Assembly (NCBI GenBank): GCA_946188105.1 | Contig: CAMHTQ010000005.1 | Location: 200 to 64,199 of the forward strand | Reading direction: 5' to 3' | Length of the DNA stretch: 64,000 nucleotides | Source of the DNA: an uncultured Alphaproteobacteria bacterium | GTDB taxonomy: Bacteria > Pseudomonadota > Alphaproteobacteria > Rs-D84 | Shown: positions 19,241-28,500 of the stretch, piece after piece | Layout: every line of letters begins with the position of its first letter | Numbering within the stretch: position 1 is the first letter of the stretch | Made by a program: the position numbers and the translations under genes | The notes under the pieces: generated by a model | The model's input: the letters and a program-made list of their open reading frames with translations, nothing else | Databases searched by the model: none | Told to the model about the DNA's origin: nothing

Positions 19241-20554
19241 ATGAAAAAACTTTTATTATGGTCTTTGGTTATAGCTTTGTGCGCTGGGTGCCAAAATGCA
19301 AAAAATCAAAAACCACAATATGATACAATCGAAATAGTTGAAAATACCGTCATAGATGAAAAATCTGTGCCTATTTTCCCGAAAAAAGCGGCATTGACAA
19401 CGGATACTGCCCAACGGTTTTCTGTAGAATTGCCTATGCGTTGTACGGTTGATTGGAATAATCAATCTGTGGTTTCTGTGGTGCCAGAGGAAAAAATTGA
19501 AATTGTTCGTTTGGAAATGGGGGATGCATTACCAGAATTGGCTGTTGAACAATATAAATTCAAAGATGTTACTGTTGCGGCTGCATTAAACAAATTGTTG
19601 GACGGAACAGATGTTTCTGTGGTTACGGATGAACAATTGGTTGAAAAGATTTCTGGCGAGGTTGCGTCTGGAACATTAAGTGATACGGTTGAATTGATTT
19701 CAAAAATGGGACGTGCATATTATTCTTATGATGCTATAACTGCCGAGATTCATTTAAAACATCGTGCAAAATGGATGATAAAAATGCCAAAAGACCAGGC
19801 GATTGTGATGGCTTTGTTGGATGCTATGCATGGTGCCGATGTTCGTAATTTGTTGGTTAACTGGCAAGATAATACGGTCGTTTTTGAAGGAAATTACCAG
19901 ACCGAGCGCGAGGTTTCCAGAATCATCGCTGATATCGCTTCGAAAAAATATATGATTGCATGGGATATGGATGTTTATCGTGTTTATCCAAAGACAGATA
20001 ATCCTATTATTTGGATGAATTTATTACCAGCATTTGGAAAGAATAATATCAAAATGTCTATACCTGGTGTTGTTGGTCGTGCTTTGGTCGTGGGACCTGA
20101 AATTAACACAAAAACATTGCAAGAATTTTTATCTCAGCAATCTAATGTTGTTTTAATTTCACAGGGAACATTTTCTATACCAAATGGTTGGCAATCCAGA
20201 TTTGATATCGGTCAATGTAGTAAAGAAGATAGATTGGAAACAGATTTGATTGTTGGTGCAACCGGTAAATACGGTGATTATGGTGGGTATCAAAAAATAG
20301 ATGCCAAGATTGTTTTAACAACCAGTCGTGGCGAATTGACATCATTTAATATTCCATCCAGTATTGGTGATAATTATGTGATTATTGGTATCCCAACACA
20401 TTCATTTGTTACAACACCTGAAACACTGATTAGCCCATTTGCGGAATTGGTTGTGTTTATGTCGCCCAGAATTGTTTCTGTGGTAGATAGAAATTCTGAA
20501 AAAAGCAATACATTGCTGGTTGGTGATGATGTGCGTGAATTGTTAAACAAGTAA
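19241..20554 (+). CDS. secretin-like outer-membrane lipoprotein (putative liposecretin)
   Basis: Lipobox LVIALCAGC; SD GGAGAG before ATG 19241. Ordered secretin-like segments: KDVTVAAALNKLLDGTDVSV; NTVVFEGNYQTEREVSRIIADI + MIAWDMDVYRV; LISQGTFSIPNGWQSRFDIGQ; DNYVIIGI; C-terminal ELVVFMSPRIV. Confidence 0.5.
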   Translation: MKKLLLWSLVIALCAGCQNAKNQKPQYDTIEIVENTVIDEKSVPIFPKKAALTTDTAQRFSVELPMRCTVDWNNQSVVSVVPEEKIEIVRLEMGDALPELAVEQYKFKDVTVAAALNKLLDGTDVSVVTDEQLVEKISGEVASGTLSDTVELISKMGRAYYSYDAITAEIHLKHRAKWMIKMPKDQAIVMALLDAMHGADVRNLLVNWQDNTVVFEGNYQTEREVSRIIADIASKKYMIAWDMDVYRVYPKTDNPIIWMNLLPAFGKNNIKMSIPGVVGRALVVGPEINTKTLQEFLSQQSNVVLISQGTFSIPNGWQSRFDIGQCSKEDRLETDLIVGATGKYGDYGGYQKIDAKIVLTTSRGELTSFNIPSSIGDNYVIIGIPTHSFVTTPETLISPFAELVVFMSPRIVSVVDRNSEKSNTLLVGDDVRELLNK

Positions 20555-20563
20555 GGAAAAAAT

Positions 20564-21820
20564 ATGTTGTTTTCAAAACTGGAAAGAAAAGTTGCGTTTA
20601 GATATTTACGTGCCAAGAAACGTGGTTTTGGTTCTGTGGTATCGTGGGTATCTTTGATTGGTATTATGTTGGGTGTGGCAACTTTGATTGTGGTTATGTC
20701 TGTGATGGGTGGTTTCCACGATGTTTTGTTGGGTCGTATTGTTGGAATGAACGGACATATCGTTGTTTATCACCAAGACGGTGCGATTTCTGATTATAAT
20801 TATTTGGTTGATAAAATAAAACAAAACAAGGTTGTTATGGCAAATACCGTATCGATCGTTCCAATTGCCGAAGGTCAAGTTATGGTTACGGCCAAAGGAC
20901 GCAATTCTGGGGCTATGATTCGCGGTATAGATATGAAAGATTTAATCGCCAAGACAAATGATGGTGCCAGATTTTATGGAAAACCTTTGTCAGAAATAAA
21001 AGATGGCGAATTGGTAATCGGCAGCAGTTTATCCAGAAGTTTAGGTGTCACATTGGGTGATGATGTGTCGTTGGTTTCTGCAAATGCCAGTACCCCAACA
21101 CCATTTGGTTCTATGCCACGTATTATGGCATATCCAGTCAAGACAGCATTTTTTATGGGAATGTATGAATATGATTCTGGGTATATATTTTTACCATTGG
21201 AAACGGCACAAAAATATTTAAACATTGGTAAATCTGTTACACATATTGATTTATTCTTGAAAGATGCCGAGGATACAAAAAATGTCCGCGAGGCGTTGAT
21301 GCGTTTGTTGCCTGATGGTTTTGTTGTTCGTGATTGGCGCGATTTAAATCGTGGTTTTGTCGGTGCATTACAGGTTGAATCAAATGTTATGTTTTTGATT
21401 TTAATGCTGATAATAATTGTCGCGGTGTTTAATATTGTTTCTTCGCTTGTTATGTTGGTAAAAGATAAAAATAAAGATATTGCGGTACTTAGAACTTTTG
21501 GTGTGTCACGTAAATCTATGATGAATATATTTATTTTATCGGGTACCAGTATCGGTGTTGTGGGGGCTGCGGCTGGAACAGTGTTGGGAACATTGGTTGC
21601 AATTTATATTGAACCAATACGTAAATTTTTCCAATGGCTGACAGGTCGTGATTTATTCCCAGCCGAGTTATATTATTTGTCTGAATTGCCATCACGTGTT
21701 GAATTTTGGACTGTGTTTGGAATCGCGGTGATTGCAATTGTGTTGGCTTTCTTGGCAACTTTGTATCCAGCATGGAAGGCGGCAAATACTGATCCGGTCG
21801 AGGTGCTGCGTAATGAGTAA
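20564..21820 (+). CDS. lolE: lipoprotein-releasing system permease LolC/E
   Basis: N-terminus FRYLRAKKRGFGSVVSWVSLIGIMLGVATLIVVMSVMGGF matches LolC/E. MacB-type periplasmic domain; C-terminal FtsX TM bundle. Confidence 0.85.
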   Translation: MLFSKLERKVAFRYLRAKKRGFGSVVSWVSLIGIMLGVATLIVVMSVMGGFHDVLLGRIVGMNGHIVVYHQDGAISDYNYLVDKIKQNKVVMANTVSIVPIAEGQVMVTAKGRNSGAMIRGIDMKDLIAKTNDGARFYGKPLSEIKDGELVIGSSLSRSLGVTLGDDVSLVSANASTPTPFGSMPRIMAYPVKTAFFMGMYEYDSGYIFLPLETAQKYLNIGKSVTHIDLFLKDAEDTKNVREALMRLLPDGFVVRDWRDLNRGFVGALQVESNVMFLILMLIIIVAVFNIVSSLVMLVKDKNKDIAVLRTFGVSRKSMMNIFILSGTSIGVVGAAAGTVLGTLVAIYIEPIRKFFQWLTGRDLFPAELYYLSELPSRVEFWTVFGIAVIAIVLAFLATLYPAWKAANTDPVEVLRNE

Positions 21821-22427
21821 ATTGATGGATAAAAAATTGTGCGAATATCTAATCAAAAAGGCGAGTACAGTGTCGCCATATGGTGGTTATAAATGGCAAT
21901 CTTCGGCACAAAAATTATCCAATGAATTAAAGGCCAGTGGAATAAAATTTCCAAAGAAATTATTTTGGAAATATAAATTGCCAAATGGTATGTCGCCACA
22001 AGAATTTATGGATACATTACTGTTAGAATTTTATTTCATAAAATATGGGGACGGATTTAAAATTATTAAAGATAAAAATTTGACAATTAAACAAAAAATT
22101 CAGGTAATGTCATATATTTTGTCTGTAAAAAAACAAGGTTTATATAAAAAAATAGGAATGTATGCGGATGAAATTAAAAAATTAAATCCGGAATTGGCTG
22201 ATATTCATACAAAAAATTATATCGATTTTGTTGAGGGGGCTTTGTTCGGTTTTGCACCAGATGAAATAAGGTATTTTTGTGGCGGTGCAGATGAACGTGA
22301 TTTTGATAATGAACATAAGTTAGATAGAAAATTGCAACGTCGTGGTATTAATACTTCATATGTTTTAGCCCCAGAAACAGCAATGTCTTTGATCGCAACT
22401 TTGAGAAAGCAAAAAAGGAAACAATAA
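21813..22427 (+). CDS. hypothetical cytoplasmic basic protein inserted between lolE and lolD (204 aa)
   Basis: ATG overlaps the lolE stop (ATGAGTAA). Its TAA is immediately followed by the lolD ATG. No signal peptide and no recognised motif. Confidence 0.55.
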   Translation: MSKLMDKKLCEYLIKKASTVSPYGGYKWQSSAQKLSNELKASGIKFPKKLFWKYKLPNGMSPQEFMDTLLLEFYFIKYGDGFKIIKDKNLTIKQKIQVMSYILSVKKQGLYKKIGMYADEIKKLNPELADIHTKNYIDFVEGALFGFAPDEIRYFCGGADERDFDNEHKLDRKLQRRGINTSYVLAPETAMSLIATLRKQKRKQ

Positions 22428-23147
22428 ATGGCAGGAATTTTAAATGCTTTGGTTCGCACTAATAAAAAAACAGATATCGTTATGTCTGTGCGGGATATTA
22501 AAAAGATTTTTATGGAGGGCGGTCAGCCATTGCCTATTTTAACAGGTGGTGGTTTTGATTTGGCTGCTGGCGAAATTGTGGCATTAGTTGGACCATCGGG
22601 ATCTGGTAAATCTACTTTGTTGCAATGTGTTGGTTTGTTGGATAAACCAACAGGGGGAAGTATTTTAATCGATGGAACACCTGTGCATCAAATGACAGAA
22701 GAAGAACGCACAGTTATTAGACGTAAAAAAATCGGCTTTGTTTATCAACGTCATAATTTGCTTTCTGATTTTACCGCATTGGAAAATGTTATGATGCCAA
22801 TGTTGGCAAATGGGGTTGCAGAAGATCTTGCCGCGATACATGCTTTAAAATTGTTAAAGGCGGTTAATGTCGATCATCGTGCATCGCATTTACCTGGCGA
22901 AATGTCTGGTGGCGAACAACAAAGAACTGCGGTTGCACGTGCATTGGCAAATAATCCTGAAATTATTTTGGCGGATGAACCAACGGGCAGTTTGGATCCT
23001 GCACATGCATCGGCTGTGTTTGATTTGTTGTTGGATATTGTGCGTAAGAAAAAGATGGCATTATTGTTTGTGACGCATGATATGAATTTGGCAGCACGTG
23101 CCGACAGGAAAATTACAATTGAAAATGGTAGGGTAAATAAGTTATAA
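22428..23147 (+). CDS. lolD: lipoprotein-releasing system ATP-binding protein LolD
   Basis: Walker A GPSGSGKST; LolD-type FVYQRHNLLSDFTALENVMMP; signature SGGEQQR; Walker B ILADEPTGSLD. Confidence 0.9.
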   Translation: MAGILNALVRTNKKTDIVMSVRDIKKIFMEGGQPLPILTGGGFDLAAGEIVALVGPSGSGKSTLLQCVGLLDKPTGGSILIDGTPVHQMTEEERTVIRRKKIGFVYQRHNLLSDFTALENVMMPMLANGVAEDLAAIHALKLLKAVNVDHRASHLPGEMSGGEQQRTAVARALANNPEIILADEPTGSLDPAHASAVFDLLLDIVRKKKMALLFVTHDMNLAARADRKITIENGRVNKL

Positions 23148-23172
23148 TAATACAAAATAAAAGGAGAGAGAT

Positions 23173-23883
23173 ATGGCAAATAGAACAGTAGGTTTTTCCA
23201 GATTTAAAGTTTGGACAGTATTTATAATTTTATTTATATGTGGTGCTTTTGTTGGTGTTGGTATTGCAAATTGGGGACATTCTTTGAAATTAAAGACAGA
23301 TGCCGAACAACAAAAAGGTGCAGAAGAATTAACATCTTGTCAGGCAATTGAACGTGTGTTGTTGGAACAGGTAAATCATAATGATAATAGTTGCAGCGAT
23401 AATAAATATGATTTAGAAACTTATAAAAAATTGGTCGCATATGGTTGCCCAGAAAATCGTGAAAAATTTCTCCAGGCAGCACAGAATTTAAATGCAGTAA
23501 TTGCTGTTACATGTACAGAATATGTGCCTGCTGATAAAACATGTTTACAAATAGAGGGTCATTTGAATAGTAAATTGGGCAGTTATTATGTTGAAATGTC
23601 TGCGGATGAACATATTGAACGCGCCAAGATTTATGCGGTGATGGCGGAACGTGGTTGCCCAGAAAATAGTGCAAAATATACAGAGTTGGCCAAGAAAGAA
23701 TTAGAAGTTGCACGTGGTATCAGCGATGACAAGTTCAACGAGGGCGAAACAATCGAGGTTGTTGAAACTTATAAAAGATTGAAAATGCAACAAGATGCCG
23801 AAGAAATATTTAATAAAGCCAAAAAACTGACAAACCCAGCAATTGACTTTATTATGCAGGTTGAAAAAATCATTAACGAATAG
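23173..23883 (+). CDS. membrane-anchored protein with two GCPEN repeats (236 aa)
   Basis: Strong SD AAGGAGAG. N-terminal TM VWTVFIILFICGAFVGVGIANW. YGCPENREKF and RGCPENSAKY motifs encoded by an exact 15-nt repeat. Confidence 0.6.
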   Translation: MANRTVGFSRFKVWTVFIILFICGAFVGVGIANWGHSLKLKTDAEQQKGAEELTSCQAIERVLLEQVNHNDNSCSDNKYDLETYKKLVAYGCPENREKFLQAAQNLNAVIAVTCTEYVPADKTCLQIEGHLNSKLGSYYVEMSADEHIERAKIYAVMAERGCPENSAKYTELAKKELEVARGISDDKFNEGETIEVVETYKRLKMQQDAEEIFNKAKKLTNPAIDFIMQVEKIINE

Positions 23884-23891
23884 GGATAATA

Positions 23892-24545
23892 ATGCAAAAA
23901 TATATATTGGCATTCGCTATAACGGCTTTGGTTCCATGCGTGTATATCGCGGTTGCTAATGCCGGAGATTACGAGGAAGAATACGAAGAAGAGGCCGAGG
24001 TTGTTGAAACCCGCGGTGTCGCCAAACGTATGAGTTGCGATGATATTAAAAAAGAAATGGATGAATTGAATGCCTTGGAAGAGTTAGACAATGATCAATC
24101 CGACCGGCTAAATACATTAAAGGTGGATTATCGGTCTAAATGTATGAAAAAGGCATCGGGTGGTCGTTCGGTTGGACGTGGCAGTGTGGCCAGAATAAAG
24201 GCCCAAGCGGTCACTGTTACAAAGGATGTTGCTGAGGAAAAACCGGCAGAGACCGAAGAGGCACAAGAGCCAAATGCCGCATGTACAAATCCTGATGAAA
24301 ATGGTTGTTGCCCAGGGGAAATATATACAGATTTGGGTGACCAAGGGTTTAATTGTTGCAAGGAAGACGATAAAAATCTGTGCTATCCACCAATCAAGGT
24401 TGTGAAAGATTATTCTTTATGTGATGACGGAACAGAACCTGATAAAAATGGTTGTTGTGCTGGTGAAAAATACACAGATTTGGGCGAGCAAGGATTTAAT
24501 TGTTGCAAGGAAGACGGTAAAACTTGTTTTCCACCAATAAAATAG
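23892..24545 (+). CDS. secreted acidic protein with two C-terminal Cys-rich repeats (217 aa)
   Basis: Signal peptide ...VYIAVANA; acidic tract DYEEEYEEEAE. Tandem modules GCCxGExYTDLGxQGFNCCKEDxKxCxPPIK. Confidence 0.6.
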   Translation: MQKYILAFAITALVPCVYIAVANAGDYEEEYEEEAEVVETRGVAKRMSCDDIKKEMDELNALEELDNDQSDRLNTLKVDYRSKCMKKASGGRSVGRGSVARIKAQAVTVTKDVAEEKPAETEEAQEPNAACTNPDENGCCPGEIYTDLGDQGFNCCKEDDKNLCYPPIKVVKDYSLCDDGTEPDKNGCCAGEKYTDLGEQGFNCCKEDGKTCFPPIK

Positions 24546-24591
24546 AAAAGTACTATATTTGTGTATGTTTTTTATGATATAATTCTCAATA

Positions 24592-25557
24592 ATGAGAGGG
24601 AACAGCAAATTTTTTGCAGTTGTGTATATGCGTGCATTTTTTGCGGTTGTTTGTTTGCTTTTTTTTAATATTGGTTATGTGAATGCTTCTGAATTAAATG
24701 ATGCTTTGCGTGCGACATATGTGGCATGTGTTGGTATAGATGATGAATTGTCTGATTTAAAAAAAATGGCTGGAATAAATACAGCGGTGACTGCGGTTGG
24801 AACTGCGGCTGGGGCTGGGGCAACCATTGTTGGTATTGTAAAAGCAAATAAGGATGCCAAGGCTAAGGAAAAATTTGATAATTATATGAATAGCAAACCA
24901 GTACAAGTCATGAATAAAAATTCTGTTGATGCATTTTTTGCGGCGTGGGAGAAATACGAGTGGGGACAAGGTGATGCGGCTGAATTTCAAAAATTACGCA
25001 AACAATCAAAAACTTTGGGAAATTGGCGGACAGGGTTGATAGCAGGTAATGCGGCGACTAATATTGCAGGTGCAATAATTGCTGGAAATAACAAAGTTGA
25101 TAAAGATTTGAAAACCCAGATAAATGATTGCAAGGTGGCTGTTAACAATTTGAAAAATGCAACCTTTCAAGCACGTATAAGTGGCGAGGATATATCCGAA
25201 GCAAATGAAATTATTGCTGTGTGTGGCGAATATGATTATATAGATTCTGATGTGTCCAAGATAAATGGTAAAGCCAAGGGTGCTTTTGTTTCAAGTGTTG
25301 TTGGTGCGGCCACAGGTGTTGCTGGAACTGTGACATCAGCTATTGCAAATAGTGAAAAGGTTCGTAAAGATGAAACTGTTAATACAAAAACTGGTGAAGA
25401 TTGGCAAGCAGAGAAAAATTGGAATACTGCGGCGAATGTATTGGCAGGAACATCAACAGTGGCATCTGGTGTTGCGACTGTATTTAATGCGATGCAGATA
25501 AGTGCGATAAAGAAAGTCGCTGATGTTGCATCAAAATGCACAGGAGTTTTGAAATGA
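24592..25557 (+). CDS. secreted Gly/Ala-zipper protein (alternative start ATG 24628)
   Basis: Signal peptide MRAFFAVVCLLFFNIGYVNA. Four Gly/Ala/Thr-rich small-residue helices (e.g. AVTAVGTAAGAGATIVGIV, GLIAGNAATNIAGAIIAG). The stop overlaps the next ATG. Confidence 0.6.
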   Translation: MRGNSKFFAVVYMRAFFAVVCLLFFNIGYVNASELNDALRATYVACVGIDDELSDLKKMAGINTAVTAVGTAAGAGATIVGIVKANKDAKAKEKFDNYMNSKPVQVMNKNSVDAFFAAWEKYEWGQGDAAEFQKLRKQSKTLGNWRTGLIAGNAATNIAGAIIAGNNKVDKDLKTQINDCKVAVNNLKNATFQARISGEDISEANEIIAVCGEYDYIDSDVSKINGKAKGAFVSSVVGAATGVAGTVTSAIANSEKVRKDETVNTKTGEDWQAEKNWNTAANVLAGTSTVASGVATVFNAMQISAIKKVADVASKCTGVLK

Positions 25558-28500
25558 AAAAAATATTCTGTGCATTGTTTGGCGTTTTTGTGTTTGTATC
25601 GGCATTCGCTGGCGTAGATGGCGATGGTGGTACTTATAAAAACGTTTCGTCTGAAATGTGGATTTCCAGATATTATATTGAAAATTTAAAAAAGAGTGCT
25701 GGTAGTGGAGGAAATTTAGCTGATGATGTTGTTGATGCTATGTTAGCTAAATATGATGAATTAGCAGCATCAGAAGATATAGTAATGAAAACATCTGTTG
25801 GAAATCAGTATTTTACTGTTTTAGATGGAACAGAACCATTAACATTGCAAGATTTAAATGCAATTTGTATTGCTGGTGGATTTACTGAAAAGGAAGCATG
25901 TCGTACAAATGTTATAAATCCAATATATACCAATATAAACAGAGTGTCTTATCATAATGTTTGTAAAGGTGAAATTACTGGCGGGACAAATCATTGTGTT
26001 GATGATGTTTTTGTAAAAGAATATGAATATGATGAAATAACAAAAGGCGAATGGCATAATGCCAGACAAGAAGTAGCAGATGGAAAAGATCCACATATTA
26101 ATTTCCATAATTCTGGTTTGGTTATCAATGGTGATAATTATAGGTATGATCAAATAGAGACAAAAACAGTTACATCAAAAAATCCATATGCTCAAGATGT
26201 AGAAGTATCTGAATGGACTGCATATGGTTTTGCACTAGAGTATGCTAGATTGCATGGACATAGAGTGGTTTGTAGTTCAAATGTAGAATTTAATTGGATA
26301 AATTGTACCAGTGTTGATAATCAACATTTTTATACGTTCCGGTTTAAAGATACATATGGTGGATCTGATACTTCAATAACAGATGGTTTTAGAGAAAAGA
26401 ATGTAAAGAATATAGCCCGTGGAATATGTGCGTTGTTTGGAATAAATGCTTATGAGGGTTTTCATATAGTTTGTGAAAAGCAGTGCGATAATGAAATACA
26501 AGATGTTAGTAAAAAATTTGCTATGAATGCACATTCTGGTGAGTATTATACTGGATTTGCAAATACGCATTATGGGTGTGCAATAGATTCAATTGGTGAT
26601 GTATATAATGATGTAAAATTAAAAACTTATCCTAGGTATGAACATATGTCTACGGCTTTTTCAAAAGTTCAAGCAAGGTTAGAGCCGACTTTAATAAATG
26701 TGTTAAAATTGTATATAAAATCCCAAGGTATTGAAATAAAATCTTTTACTTGTGCTTATAATACTATTAATTCAAAGGCTGATTATGTTTTACCGTGTAA
26801 ATTAAATGGTACGGATGTTGATTTTTTGTTTGATGATTTATATGAAACTGCAGAGTATGCTAAAAAAGCGGGTTTTGCGGGAATGTCATGTTTAACCGCA
26901 TCGGCGACTTTGGGTAAAGTATCAAATAAAAAATTTACTACAAAATTTGATGGGAAGTCATGTATTGGGCCGGACAAGGAAATATGTGATGCAATGAATA
27001 ATATTGTCCCTGGGGGAACAGAATGGGATGCGGATTCAGATAGATGTGTGTTAAAAGCGGCAGAAAAAGCGGCAAATATAAATTTTGTTACAACATTGAT
27101 TATAGATGGTGTTGCGTTGGCTGTAACTGTAGTATCTGGCGCTGGATTGGTTGTTATTATTGTTACTGCTGTAAGTTCTGTGGGGGTTACTTTGGGTTCA
27201 AAATGGTTAGAAGATTTTGAAAGCACGTTACCAAATGAATTCGCAAAAGAATTTGTTAAAAAAGCATCTGCTTGTAACATACCAGAAAAAATTGAGTATG
27301 ATAAATGTAGCGCAATACAAAAAAAATGTGCAAAAGATGCGTTGATAGAATTTGATAAATCTCTGGGATATATTATAGATGGAACCAGTACACAAACAGG
27401 TGAATATATAGGGCAGGCCGCAGAAACTTTGCTTCAATGTGTAACAGAGGCAGATTTGGAAGATATAGAAATAAAATCAACTACACGGCCAGAGATGGAT
27501 TTTGTAGAGGCGTCTAGTGCTGTATTGATGGTTATGGGGTTTGCAAGCCCAAGTGGGTCAACTAAATTTACTATGTTTACTAAATTTCACAGATTGACGA
27601 AATGGCTAAATAAAATAAGTTATACATCTAAATTAAAGAAATTTAAACTTGGTGAAAACCTTTATCGTATTAAATTAACAGGAAAAATACCAACGGAGAA
27701 ATTAAATAGTTATATTGAGAAAATGAAAAAAAATGGTTTTTCTGTTATGTTGGAAACAGATGCTAAAACTGGGCAGCAATTTTTTAGAGTTTTTGAAACG
27801 GAATTAGATATTAATTCTTTAAAATTAAAAGCAAGTCAAAGTTTTGATAATTATTTAGATGAGTTTTTAAAAACAGGGCGGAGTAATGGACTTCCAGTTA
27901 GTCGTTTAACAAAAGAACAATGGGGGCAATTAAGTAAGCATTTAGAAGGTCAGGGAGTAGAGTTATATGAGGATGTAATGAATGGAAATCGTGTTATGCG
28001 GTTTAGAAAAATTAGTTCATTAGATATTAATTCTTTAAAATTAAAAGCAAGTCAAAATTTTGATAGATATTTGGCTGAGGCAATGTCGTCGAATCCAACT
28101 TTTTATATGCTACCAGCAGGACGTTTAACTGAAAGTGAATGGATGCAATTAAATGCATTTCTTAAAAATCAGGGGGTCGAGTTGGTTGATTCTACTAGAA
28201 ATGGTGAAAAATATAAGATATTTAAACTACTTGGTTCCAAAGGTGAGGAAAATTGGATATTTTCAAAAATATATAATGATATGCCTGATGAAATTTTAAA
28301 CGCAAAATTAAAATATATTTATGAACACAGTAATGGAGATATTGTTTCTGCGGTTAATGCATTAAAAGCATCAGGAATTTATGATGCGCAGAAAGTATCA
28401 GAACTTGCGCAGGATTTAGGGAAAGAAGCAGTGATACGTATTCGGAATAGTGGTTCGAATATAATAGATAGGATGAAAAGATATAAATATATGACAAATG

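Noticed and set aside
26783-27280. 165-aa minus-strand ORF inside the large HExxH gene. Similar shadow ORFs occur at 30688-31227, 9960-10409, 36793-37221, 44448-44843 and 618-1016.
   Set aside because: All are antisense to longer ORFs that have clear motifs or signal peptides, and none has independent support.
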